In this document: in pieces, positions 52,701 to 62,100 of the stretch
Position numbering within the stretch: position 1 is the first letter of the stretch
How the letters are laid out: every line of letters starts with the position of its first letter
DNA from: Pirellulaceae bacterium
GTDB lineage: Bacteria; Planctomycetota; Planctomycetia; Pirellulales; Pirellulaceae
NCBI GenBank assembly: GCA_963700815.1
Contig: CAVOZM010000019.1
Location: 38,840-102,839 of the forward strand
Reading direction: 5' to 3'
Length of the DNA: 64,000 nt
The notes under the pieces: model-generated
What the model was told of the DNA's origin: nothing
The model's database searches: none
The model's input: only the letters and a program-made list of their open reading frames with translations
Program-made: the position numbers and the translations under genes

Positions 52701-53711
52701 TTATTGCGGGTTCGAGTCTGTGCCCGTGACCGAGACTCCGATCGGTTCATGCGTATCTCGGGGACGGACCGCCGTCGCATATCCTTTCGCGTATAGATAT
52801 TCCTTCAGCTGTCGCAGTGATCGATAGCTGTCGGGGTAGACCCATACCAAGATCGATGTCGAATTTGGGTTTCGGCCGGCGAGTTCTGATTCAATTTCGC
52901 TCTGGCCAGAGAGGACTTGTTGGATTGGTTGCCCAATCGGTTCTCGCACGGGTTGAAAAATGGCGCCGTGGAAAAGCGCCGATGTTTTTCCAACCACCAA
53001 AGAGTAGCGAGCGGTGTAGCCCCGAATCGGGCCGACCACATCAGACTCTTTCGGCTTTCCCGAGCCGCCCGTCGAGCGACGGACATGTTTGGCGATTTCT
53101 TTGACCAACGCATCCGTGGGAACAACCGAGACATGATCGCTGCGCAGTCGCAATACAATACGGTCCTCGTAGACTTTTTTTGCCATCGGCGTTGGCAGGT
53201 GTTGAAGTGCAACGACGGAGTCTGGCAAGCTTTTTAGCCTTGCCTTTTCTCCTTGCAATTCGGCCAGTTCTTCGCGGACGCGAGCAAACTCGGTTTGTCG
53301 TTTGGCCGCAGCCATTTTTGATTGATCCAGTTCGGACCTCTTTTCTTCCCACGCAGCGTCGGCGATCGACTGGAGATCCAACAGCGCGTCACGCTCTTGT
53401 TTTCGCAGGTTGATTTCGGCATCGAACTGGCTGACCTGTCGCTCTAAATGATCACGGTCACTGTGCGCTCTGGTCGCCCGCGATGTTAGCTGCGCAAGTT
53501 GGGAAAGCTGAGTCTCGGAAGCCTTGGCCAGGTCGGTTTTCTCCAACAACTCTTGCTCTACCTTTCGCTCGGCTTCTTGAACCATCGCAGCCGATGTGCC
53601 ACTGAAAACGGCGATCAAGATGATCAGAACGCCAACTAGATTGGCAACGATGTCCAAGAAGGCATCGTGTCCCATGCTCAACGTTGATCTTTTTCGTCGA
53701 ACCGGAATCAT
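52701..53711 (-). CDS. ExbD/TolR-like single-pass membrane protein with coiled coil (Asp retained)
   Basis: Basic N-terminus, TM DAFLDIVANLVGVLIILIAVF, heptad-rich segment, C-terminal ILVWVYPDSY...AKGY; ATGA overlap with the upstream gene. Confidence 0.65.
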   Translation of the reverse strand: MIPVRRKRSTLSMGHDAFLDIVANLVGVLIILIAVFSGTSAAMVQEAERKVEQELLEKTDLAKASETQLSQLAQLTSRATRAHSDRDHLERQVSQFDAEINLRKQERDALLDLQSIADAAWEEKRSELDQSKMAAAKRQTEFARVREELAELQGEKARLKSLPDSVVALQHLPTPMAKKVYEDRIVLRLRSDHVSVVPTDALVKEIAKHVRRSTGGSGKPKESDVVGPIRGYTARYSLVVGKTSALFHGAIFQPVREPIGQPIQQVLSGQSEIESELAGRNPNSTSILVWVYPDSYRSLRQLKEYLYAKGYATAVRPRDTHEPIGVSVTGTDSNPQ

Positions 53712-55577
53712 GGATATGCTCCCCGTTCAGCCGACTTTTGAATGACTTCGATGCCGCTACCACCCAGTAGCTGTTTTAGTTGGTCCAGTCGCGGACTTGC
53801 GCCACCCATGACTTCGGCTTCCAACCGAGGTTCCCAACGCCCGTTGTCCAGAGCAACTCCCCAGCGCTCGAATTCTCTCACGCAACACGGTTGCCAGTTC
53901 CAGCGACGCTCGATCAAGGTTTCCGTTGAACGGAATCTCTGTCCTTCTTTCGTTCCTGGAAGCCGGTACGACGAATCGATCGTCGTACAGTTGCACAGGG
54001 ATCGAACGAACGATCGCGATGCCCGTGGCTTGGGCGACACTTGTTGGCAACGCCCAGTTGTCTCCATCGCGGTGGACCGTCGCGGATGAGGGATTCGCCG
54101 ATGAATCCTGTGATGATTCACGTTGACCTGGATTCTGCTCCGTTGCGTCGGCTGTTACCGAAGGGCTACCGGTCTGATTGGTTTGGGCGCTCTTGGCACC
54201 TTGTGATTGACTTGGGCCGGATTGATTGGCGCCGGGCTGACTAGCGCCGGGCTGACTAGCGCCGGGCTGACTCGCGCCAGGCTGACTAGCGCCAGGCTGA
54301 TTAACGCCAGGTTGATTGGGGCCAGCCGCAGCTGCTGGATCGGAAGACGCAGTCAATGATTTCTGATCGCTTGTTTGGCTTTCGACTTGGTCCCCGAAGC
54401 CCGCGCCAGGTTGGTCGGCGGACTGACCGCTGAAGTGGCTGCCGGTCTGGCTGCCGGAACCCGATTCCCCGACTTTGCCGTCGCGCGATCGCAATTCTTG
54501 AGCCGCATCACGATAGATGTCGTTCAATCGATTCGTCTGCTGATCGAAGTCGGTTGCGCCGCCAGATCCGTTCCCGTACCCGTGATTGGGTCGTTCGTAG
54601 AATCCAAGCGACTGCCCATTTCTGGCGAGCTCCGATGCGGAAAGAGTTACCGCGCGAGTCGTGCGGCGATCGGCTTGCCTGGCGAGTGCTTGTTGAACAG
54701 CTTCTTCCATCCGGCGTTTCAGGTTGGGATCAGGTGAACTGAAGGCCAACTCAATGTCACTGTCCAGCATTTCGTACCCATATTGGTCATCCCAGTCGTC
54801 CATTGCCGCGGTCGCTTGAAAGTATGCGTCTGTTCCATGTGGCCGTACAACCAATAGCGGGTAGGGTGGGTCGGTGTCGCCGTAGACTTTCATGATATGC
54901 AGCCTGGCAACGCGTAGTGCTGCGTCCAATGGATTGGCCAACCGGGTGCGACGTCCGACGAGTTGGTCGGTTGAGATGATGACTCCTTCGGGCCAGATCG
55001 TCAGGCCCGCTGATGTGCATTCAACGTAGATCGGTCGTCGCGTTGTACCGTTAGGGCCTTTGTGCGGAACGATCACAACGCGAGGCGTCTGATTTCCGGA
55101 CTCCTTCTTTAACTGCTCAATTGCCAGTTGTTCTTTCGTGATTTGATCGCGCAGCATCGCGATCGTTTCACTATCAATCTGGTCTGTTTCTCCGCCGCCG
55201 GTAGCGTTTTGCATTTCGGAGTTCAAACGCCAAAGTTCTTTTTCCAGACGTCCGATGTGGTTCTCGAGATGCGTCAGTTGATCGCGACGTTCCTCTAGAA
55301 GCGCTGCCTGTTTGTCTCGAATCGATTCGATGGCATCGATATGAAATTCCGCTTCGTCGATCATCGCGGCGGCCTGACTTTGACTTGGAAGGTTCGAATC
55401 AGGCGCGAGCTCTATCATTTTCTGACTGATTTCTTCACGTGCTTTCTGTTCCGCGGCCGTGGCCGAGCTTTCGGCCAACAGCGCCAACAATAGGATCAAC
55501 GTCCCGAGCGTACACACCAGCACGGCCAAGAAAGGGAACAGTGACGGGGCGAGATCTTGGCGGTTGCGCCGAGTCAT
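53708..55577 (-). CDS. ExbD/TolR-like single-pass membrane protein with coiled coil and Q/G/S-rich linker (Asp absent; frameshift near 53875)
   Basis: TM SLFPFLAVLVCTLGTLILLL, coiled coil, PLLVVRPHG, QPGAS repeats; true C-terminus probably ERWGVALDNGRWEPRL...GAYP*. Confidence 0.65.
54222..54322 (-). repeat. Coding 15-bp tandem repeat (QPGAS/QPGVN/QPGAN, about 6-7 units)
   Basis: GCGCCGGGCTGACTA-like units on the + strand. Confidence 0.85.
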
Positions 55578-57070
55578 GCCGCACGCCTCACCGGAGCGGT
55601 CGATGGACGACGGATCCCCTGATGCGGATGCTTTGGCAATTCGGCCAAATGCACCGACAAGATGTCGACAGCACGAGCGAGTGTCCGCATTGCATCGGCC
55701 ATCCCGTTGCCTGCCGCCGAGTCCACGCTTTGCTGGATCGCATGATTGACGTCAGCCAGTTTCTCAAGATTTGATTCGAGCGCTCGTTGCAAAGTAATCA
55801 CGGAACCCGCGCGACGATGGGCTTCGTTGAGCGCTTCGAACTGGCTGCTGAGCTCTAGTTGTTGCGACGACAATGTATCGGAATGGTAGTGAATCGATTC
55901 TTCGCACCTTTGCCATTGTCGATCGATTCTCGCGCTGGCGAACTGCGCCGATTCTTGGATCGATGCGGCGTGTTCAGCAAGCGATGGCAACAGGGTTGAC
56001 TTCAATGCTTCAGCAAAGTGATTGCCGTTCTGGTCATGAACCGATTGCCAGTGTCCGCGCGCTTCGTCAATGGTTTCGCGCCACAGGTTTGTTTGATTAG
56101 CCAACGATTCGGCAACGGCCGTTTGAACGCCACGACATAGGTCGGCAATCAATGCAGTTTGATTATCAGATGCTTCGTCACTGGGCAGACAGGCGGAAAC
56201 CAAGTTTCCGATCCGCGCGTCCATTTCGGCCAGCAGCCGCTGTTCGCCCCGTTCGATCGGATACTGAATGAAGATCGCAACGACGGACAACACCAATCCC
56301 AGCGCCGTTGTATCGAACGCCACGTACAAACCGGTTTTCAACGAGTCGACCGCGGCCGAGCCATTACTGAAGTCCAGGCCGCCCAACGTTTGTGTGATTC
56401 CAATCACAGTGCCAAGGAAACCGAGCATCGGAATCGCCCAGACGACAACGCGAACGAATCCATAGGAATCGTGGATCGCATCCGCATCTCGAGCGGAAAT
56501 CTCTCGCAGGTCGTCGGCCAGTTGCCGTGTCGTTCCACGTAGGCTTTGCCGATGCAGCAATTCGCCAAGACGACAAACAATCTGGCTGTTACGGGTCGCC
56601 GCCGGCATTTGGCCAATTGATCGCAGCCAATTCTTGGCAACGTAACCGGCATCCTTTTCTTGTAACCAGCGACCGGCTGGAGAGTCTTTGCCAGCGGGTG
56701 GTTGGAGGTCGATGTCTTCAATGGCGGCCAGTTGGTTGCTTTGTGTGACCACTCCAATCAGCTTTGCAATCAAGACCGCGAGCGCAAAGAAGAACAGGCA
56801 GGTCGCGGCAATCGCGACTGGGTGGCCGAGAAAGTAACGCCTCAGCGGCGGCCAAGGCACGCCCAGGACAATGGCGTAAAAACAGATCGATAAGGTCGCA
56901 CCAAGCAGGGCGGCGAGTACCGAGTTTCCCGCTGGGCGAGGCGCAAAGGAGGGAGTAAACGAGATCGGATCCATCGATTCGGTTGCCAACGAGTCAGGCT
57001 TGGGCGTCGCCGGACCGGAGTTCGGATGAACGTTGGGCACGTAGTTGGCCTTTTTCACGTCGATACTCAT
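55574..57070 (-). CDS. MotA/TolQ/ExbB proton channel protein with long C-terminal helical tail
   Basis: IPMLGFLGTVIGI and GLYVAFDTTALGL channel helices, two N-terminal TMs, about 220-aa tail. Confidence 0.88.
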   Translation of the reverse strand: MSIDVKKANYVPNVHPNSGPATPKPDSLATESMDPISFTPSFAPRPAGNSVLAALLGATLSICFYAIVLGVPWPPLRRYFLGHPVAIAATCLFFFALAVLIAKLIGVVTQSNQLAAIEDIDLQPPAGKDSPAGRWLQEKDAGYVAKNWLRSIGQMPAATRNSQIVCRLGELLHRQSLRGTTRQLADDLREISARDADAIHDSYGFVRVVVWAIPMLGFLGTVIGITQTLGGLDFSNGSAAVDSLKTGLYVAFDTTALGLVLSVVAIFIQYPIERGEQRLLAEMDARIGNLVSACLPSDEASDNQTALIADLCRGVQTAVAESLANQTNLWRETIDEARGHWQSVHDQNGNHFAEALKSTLLPSLAEHAASIQESAQFASARIDRQWQRCEESIHYHSDTLSSQQLELSSQFEALNEAHRRAGSVITLQRALESNLEKLADVNHAIQQSVDSAAGNGMADAMRTLARAVDILSVHLAELPKHPHQGIRRPSTAPVRRAA

Positions 57071-57306
57071 ATGATCGCATGGATGGATTCAGACGTCCCG
57101 CACCGGCGCGAGGGTCTACTCATACATCCAGATCGACCGTTAGGATCGGTCCGCTTGACTTAATCGATACATTTTCCGGCCAGCTTGGCGGTCGAACCCA
57201 GACCGCCAGTCGAATTCGGTTTCTATTGCGATCCAAACGGGTCTCGCTTTAGAGTGGTTCCAGTCTTGAACCTGTCAGATCATGACTCGGAAAGTCGTAG
57301 AACAAA

Positions 57307-57744
57307 GTGAGCAATAGCATGGGCATTTCAGAGAAAAACATTGAAAAAATCGGTGCGATCGCCCGCCGAGCCGGCTTGGCGTTGGTGTTGGTCGGGGCAA
57401 TCGCTGTGATCGGCGAAAGCCAGTCCCCGGAGGGGGGCTTCGGCAGCGGCAAGCAAGTCTCTGAGCAGCTTCCGGCGGCGACTGTTTCCGAGCTTCCGAC
57501 GGCGGCCGAATTTCCCAAGGTGGCTGCCTCTGGCGATATGATCGGTTTTTCCCATTCTGACAACTCGGGAACTCAGACAATTACGTTGGTTCATACGGAA
57601 AAGTCATGGATGGCCGTGTATCATATTGATAGGTCGGGAACACTCCGGCTGGTCAGCAGCCGTCCCATTGACGCTGACTTTTCATTGCAACTCAACGCTA
57701 CCTCGCCACTTCCAGAAGAGATTCGTCAGATCGGAAGCCGGTGA
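57307..57744 (+). CDS. Hypothetical membrane-anchored/exported protein
   Basis: One hydrophobic segment (AGLALVLVGAIAVIG) then a small beta-rich domain (MAVYHID...LRLVSSRPI). Confidence 0.65.
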   Translation: MSNSMGISEKNIEKIGAIARRAGLALVLVGAIAVIGESQSPEGGFGSGKQVSEQLPAATVSELPTAAEFPKVAASGDMIGFSHSDNSGTQTITLVHTEKSWMAVYHIDRSGTLRLVSSRPIDADFSLQLNATSPLPEEIRQIGSR

Positions 57745-57804
57745 GGGTACAACCCCGTTTGAAGATCGCAGCGTATGCCGCGATGTACCGGAGCCGAAGA
57801 CCGA

Positions 57805-59523
57805 ATGGCCGATTACCTGTCGCTGGAAGAAGCTGCCAAGAAACTAGGAATCCCAACCGATCGGTTGGTCGAATTGCGAAGCCGTGGACAGGCACGCGGA
57901 TTCCGTGACGGCGCAAGTTGGAAGTTTCCAGAGTCCGAAATTGCCCGATTGGCCGATGATCTGCCCGACCTGATGTCCAGCGGAAGCGGCATCCTGGTCA
58001 ATGAAAGCGGACTTGGTTCGTCGATTGGTTCGGGTAGTGGATTGGTGATTGGCGGAGATGAATTGAGCTCGGAGGATGGCAGTGGAAGCGACATCGGCGT
58101 TGGTATCGAAGCCGAGCAACCGGGCAGCGGCAGCGACGTGAACTTGGTGGCCGCCGCAGGTAATGGCAGCGATGTGGCGATCGTTGCCAGCGACAGCGAC
58201 CTGTTATTCGAGAGCGCAGCGTCGGATCTACTGGAAATCGATTCCGGTGAACTGCGGATCGACGGACCGGCGGTGACGCATGAGTCAGGGGTTTTGGACT
58301 TGGGGATTGAACCACAAGATGGAAGCACTGGTCCGGTCACCGACGACGAACTGAAAGAAATCTCCGAATCTCATCCAGACGTACTTGCGCCCGAGGCGAG
58401 CGAATCGAATCTAAAAGACCAAAGCGATTTGAGCATTCCGTTCGACGATGACGACGGGATCGACGCAAGTGCCGGCAGCTTCAGCGATTCGATGGGAAGT
58501 GACATTGAACTGAAAGCAGCCGATCCAAGACTCAGTGGCGATATTCTCAGCTCCGGCGGTGTTAGCAGTCTTGAATTGATGAGCGACCTGGACGCGGCAA
58601 GTGAACCGATCGACATGGCGGCGATGGGATCCCGTGGTGTCAACGTATTGAGCGAATTGGACCTGTTGAGCAGCGGAAATCCAGACAGCGGATTGATCTC
58701 CGGCGACAGCGCGAATGTGTTGTCGTCGTCGGGTCTCGGTAGCAGTATGCATGGTGATGCTTTTCACGACTCCGAGCTCTCCGGACTGGATGACGCGCTG
58801 GCTGACGATGATGATCTGATCATTGCCGACGACGACGATGACGATCTGGTGATCGGAAGTTCGGCCAGCGGTTTAGGTGCCAGTTTAGGCAGCGACCTGT
58901 CGGTGGCCGGGGAAAGCGGGATCAATTTGATGAGCCCCTCGGACAGCGGACTGTCCCTGGAGAGCGAGCCATCGGACTTGCTGGGAAGTAACATCTCGGC
59001 GTTGGATCTAGGTGCCGAACTGGCCGACGGCAGTGGGATTGGAAGTGGCAGCGGCGGTGGCTCGGGGGTCGACTTCCAAGCCGACGAAGAGTTTCAACTA
59101 TCACCTTCTGGAATCGGTCTGGAAGCGGATATCGAAAGTGGTTCGCAGGTCATTGAAATCGAAGATTCCGAGGCGATGGGCGAAGGGGTCGAATTTGCCG
59201 AAGATGCGTTTGCCGACGCCCAGGCCCTCGACGACGGTGATGTCTTTGCCGCTGAACCCGCTGGTGATGACGGCGGCTTTGGCGCAGACGCGATAGCGAT
59301 CGACGACGCGGTATCCCCGGCGATGGCTGGCTCGGCGTCAGCCTACGAGGTCCCGTTTAGCATGTTCCAGTGCGTTGGCTTGATGATGATCTTGCTGATC
59401 ATGAGCCTAAGTGGAATGTTGATGACCGACCTGGTTCGCAATATGTGGGCCTACAGTGAGGCTTCTGCACCGGTCAGCTCTCTGACCGACGCACTGATCA
59501 GTCTGATGGGCTGGAATCCGTAG
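57805..59523 (+). CDS. HTH (excisionase/MerR-like) domain + acidic disordered linker + C-terminal TM protein
   Basis: YLSLEEAAKKLGI...GFRDGASWKF; very long D/E/S/G-rich region; TM CVGLMMILLIMSLSGMLM. Confidence 0.8.
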   Translation: MADYLSLEEAAKKLGIPTDRLVELRSRGQARGFRDGASWKFPESEIARLADDLPDLMSSGSGILVNESGLGSSIGSGSGLVIGGDELSSEDGSGSDIGVGIEAEQPGSGSDVNLVAAAGNGSDVAIVASDSDLLFESAASDLLEIDSGELRIDGPAVTHESGVLDLGIEPQDGSTGPVTDDELKEISESHPDVLAPEASESNLKDQSDLSIPFDDDDGIDASAGSFSDSMGSDIELKAADPRLSGDILSSGGVSSLELMSDLDAASEPIDMAAMGSRGVNVLSELDLLSSGNPDSGLISGDSANVLSSSGLGSSMHGDAFHDSELSGLDDALADDDDLIIADDDDDDLVIGSSASGLGASLGSDLSVAGESGINLMSPSDSGLSLESEPSDLLGSNISALDLGAELADGSGIGSGSGGGSGVDFQADEEFQLSPSGIGLEADIESGSQVIEIEDSEAMGEGVEFAEDAFADAQALDDGDVFAAEPAGDDGGFGADAIAIDDAVSPAMAGSASAYEVPFSMFQCVGLMMILLIMSLSGMLMTDLVRNMWAYSEASAPVSSLTDALISLMGWNP

Positions 59524-59571
59524 GGCTGATGGGCTGGAATCCGTAGGGCTGATGGGCTGGAATCCGTCGGG
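59503..59571 (+). repeat. 23-bp tandem repeat x3 spanning the stop codon
   Basis: CTGATGGGCTGGAATCCGTAGGG x2 plus CTGATGGGCTGGAATCCGTCGGG; no spacers. Confidence 0.9.
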
Positions 59572-59684
59572 ATCGATTCCTGCACGCTACAAGCCGACCT
59601 CGTCGTCAGGTCTCAAAACCTCTACATTCTGCGGTTCGATCATTCCATGTTTTTGACCTGAACCTCGCAAGATTCTGATCCGCC

Positions 59685-61295
59685 ATGAAGTCGATGGACA
59701 AAATAGTGTCGCTCTGCAAGCGACGTGGTTTCCTGTTTCAATCCAGCGAAATCTATGGTGGGATTCAAGGGTTTTGGGACTACGGCCCGCTCGGTGTCGA
59801 ACTGAAGCGGAACCTCAAAGATGCCTGGTGGCACGACATGATCGCCGCGCATAACGAATTGATCCAGCCAGAGCATGCGCCATGTACTTTTGAAATGGTC
59901 GGACTCGACTGCACGATCATCATGCATCCGCAAGTTTGGAAGAATAGCGGGCACTATGATCTGTTTCACGATCATATGGTCGATTGCCGCGAATCGAAGA
60001 AGCGTTACCGCTTCGATCAAGTTCGTGGTCGCTGGGTCGAATATCAAGACAACAAAGTATTCGTGACCACCCTCGCCGAATCCGAACAGGAGTTGGAAGA
60101 AGTCCGTCGCCGCGGCATGAAGTTTTTCAAGCTGCGCAGCAAAGATGCTGACAAAGTCACCGTCGGCTCTGAATCGATCACATTGGATAAATTGAATTCG
60201 ACCAAAGATGTATTGGCACCGGATGCGAAAAATCTTGACACGCTAACAGAACCGCGAGAATTCAATCTGATGTTCAAGACGACACTGGGCGCACTCGGTG
60301 GGGAAGATGACGTGACTTTCCTACGCCCCGAGACGGCGCAGGGTATCTTTGTCAACTTCAAGAATGTCGTGGACTCTAGCCGCGTAAAAATTCCATTTGG
60401 GATTGGCCAAATCGGTAAGAGTTTTCGTAATGAGATCACGCCGCGAAATTTCACTTTCCGCTCGCGCGAGTTCGAGCAAATGGAGATTGAATTCTTTTGT
60501 CATCCCGATCAGTCGCAAGCCTGGTACGGCTATTGGCGAGATCGGCGATTGGCATGGTACAAGTCGCTTGGACTCTCGGACGAATCCTTGATCATGCGAG
60601 AACATCACCCCGAGGAACTTGCTCACTACAGTGTGGGAACAGCCGACATCGAGTATGCATTCCCATTCTTACCTGAAGGGGAATTCGGAGAACTCGAAGG
60701 CATCGCCCATCGCGGCGATTTTGACCTTCGTAGCCACATGGAAGGGAAGCTTGATCCATCGACCAATCCGATGACCGTTGAATTGGGTGATGATGGAAAG
60801 CCAAAGTATCGTGGCAGCGGCAAGGATTTGACTTACCGCGACGAAATGACGAACGAAAAATTCATTCCCCATGTCATCGAACCCTCCGCCGGAGCGGACC
60901 GCGGCACGTTGGCGTTCTTGTGCGAGGCCTTCACCGAAGACGAAGCGCCGGACGAGAACGGCGAGATGCAAACTCGCACCGTCATGAAGCTGCATCCTCG
61001 CTTGGCACCGATCAAAGCGGCAATTTTCCCGTTGGTCAAGAAGGACGGTATGCCGGAAGTCGCCAAGGAAATCTATGGCGAATTGAAACAGCACATGAAT
61101 GTTTTCTACGATGAAAAGGGGGCCGTGGGACGACGCTATCGCCGCCAAGACGAAGCCGGCACACCCTACTGCATCACGATCGACACCGACACCCTGAACG
61201 ACAAGACGGTCACGATTCGAGACCGCGATTCGCTGGAGCAAAGCCGAGTCAAAATCGATGATCTGGTCGGCGAACTGAATCAGCGGATCTTGTAA
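59685..61295 (+). CDS. glyQS: Glycine--tRNA ligase (alpha2 type)
   Basis: LCKRRGF, WDYGPLG, FLRPETAQGIF, FRNEITPRNF, REFEQMEIE, VIEPSAG, GRRYRRQDEAGTP. Confidence 0.97.
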   Translation: MKSMDKIVSLCKRRGFLFQSSEIYGGIQGFWDYGPLGVELKRNLKDAWWHDMIAAHNELIQPEHAPCTFEMVGLDCTIIMHPQVWKNSGHYDLFHDHMVDCRESKKRYRFDQVRGRWVEYQDNKVFVTTLAESEQELEEVRRRGMKFFKLRSKDADKVTVGSESITLDKLNSTKDVLAPDAKNLDTLTEPREFNLMFKTTLGALGGEDDVTFLRPETAQGIFVNFKNVVDSSRVKIPFGIGQIGKSFRNEITPRNFTFRSREFEQMEIEFFCHPDQSQAWYGYWRDRRLAWYKSLGLSDESLIMREHHPEELAHYSVGTADIEYAFPFLPEGEFGELEGIAHRGDFDLRSHMEGKLDPSTNPMTVELGDDGKPKYRGSGKDLTYRDEMTNEKFIPHVIEPSAGADRGTLAFLCEAFTEDEAPDENGEMQTRTVMKLHPRLAPIKAAIFPLVKKDGMPEVAKEIYGELKQHMNVFYDEKGAVGRRYRRQDEAGTPYCITIDTDTLNDKTVTIRDRDSLEQSRVKIDDLVGELNQRIL

Positions 61296-61296
61296 A

Positions 61297-61334
61297 CGTG
61301 TTGCGATTTGTCCCAAATCGTACGATACGCGATC
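61297..61334. repeat. REP-like 38-bp element, copy 1
   Basis: Core TGCGATTTGTCCCAAATCG identical to 62067-62085. Confidence 0.7.
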
Positions 61335-61336
61335 TC

Positions 61337-61424
61337 GTAGGCCGGTAAAACCTGGCAATTCGCCATCGGCCAATTCGCAGGGATAATGAATTCCGTTCGG
61401 GTGTCAGGAGCGTTCCTGGTCTAC
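61337..61424. repeat. GTAG-type inverted REP pair
   Basis: GTAGGCCGGTAAAACCTGGC...GTCAGGAGCGTTCCTGGTCTAC. Confidence 0.55.
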
Positions 61425-61440
61425 ACGGCATCCAGGTACA

Positions 61441-62061
61441 ATGAATCCCATGACCCCAGAGCAAATCGATTCACTCGTTCGCGAACAAGGCCCGTACGTT
61501 TTTGACAGGATGTTTGGTGCGATGGAAAAAGTACGCGAACGACTCGACCGAGCTTGCCGCGCGTTGGGCGATGCAGGGATCCCGTATGCCGTCATTGGTG
61601 GTAACGCGGTAGCCGCCTGGGTTTCCACTCGCGACGAAGGGGCCATTCGAAATACGCAAGACGTCGATATCCTGCTGCGCGAAGAAGATGCCGATTCGGC
61701 TAAGGTCGCGCTCGAAGCCGTTGGGTTCAAACGAGAGAAGGTTTTAGATGTGACCATGTTTCTGGACGGACCCGACGGCAAACCGAGTCAAGCTGTGCAT
61801 GTGATTTGGGCCGGCAAGAAGGTGAAGGCCGACTACGCGATCAGCGCCCCGTCGCCGGATGACTTTCGCGAACTTGCCGGCAAACGGGTGATCGACCTGG
61901 TTGCACTGGTTGGAATGAAACTGGTTAGCAATCGCCGAAAGGATCAAGTGCATCTACTCGACATGATCGGCGTCGGCCTGATCGATGAAACATGGCCGCT
62001 CAAATTTCCCACGCCACTCGACCAGCGGCTTCAAGAACTGCTAGATGATCCCGACGGCTAG
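61441..62061 (+). CDS. Nucleotidyltransferase-fold protein (pol-beta superfamily)
   Basis: YAVIGGNAV...TQDVDILL (GG...DxD); C-terminal MKL...RRKD. Confidence 0.7.
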   Translation: MNPMTPEQIDSLVREQGPYVFDRMFGAMEKVRERLDRACRALGDAGIPYAVIGGNAVAAWVSTRDEGAIRNTQDVDILLREEDADSAKVALEAVGFKREKVLDVTMFLDGPDGKPSQAVHVIWAGKKVKADYAISAPSPDDFRELAGKRVIDLVALVGMKLVSNRRKDQVHLLDMIGVGLIDETWPLKFPTPLDQRLQELLDDPDG

Positions 62062-62099
62062 CGTCGTGCGATTTGTCCCAAATCGCATGTCACACGATC
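62062..62099. repeat. REP-like 38-bp element, copy 2
   Basis: CGTCGTGCGATTTGTCCCAAATCGCATGTCACACGATC, direct repeat of 61297-61334. Confidence 0.7.
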
Positions 62100-62100
62100 G

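Noticed and set aside
52701-57070. Zorya defence system or flagellar MotAB
   Set aside because: No OmpA-like peptidoglycan-binding domain is recognisable, there are no zorC/D/E or flagellar genes, and there are two B-like genes rather than one
57805-57960. Prophage excisionase
   Set aside because: The HTH is fused to a long linker and TM; no integrase or phage genes are nearby
59503-59571. CRISPR array
   Set aside because: The 23-bp units are contiguous with no spacers, and no cas genes are present
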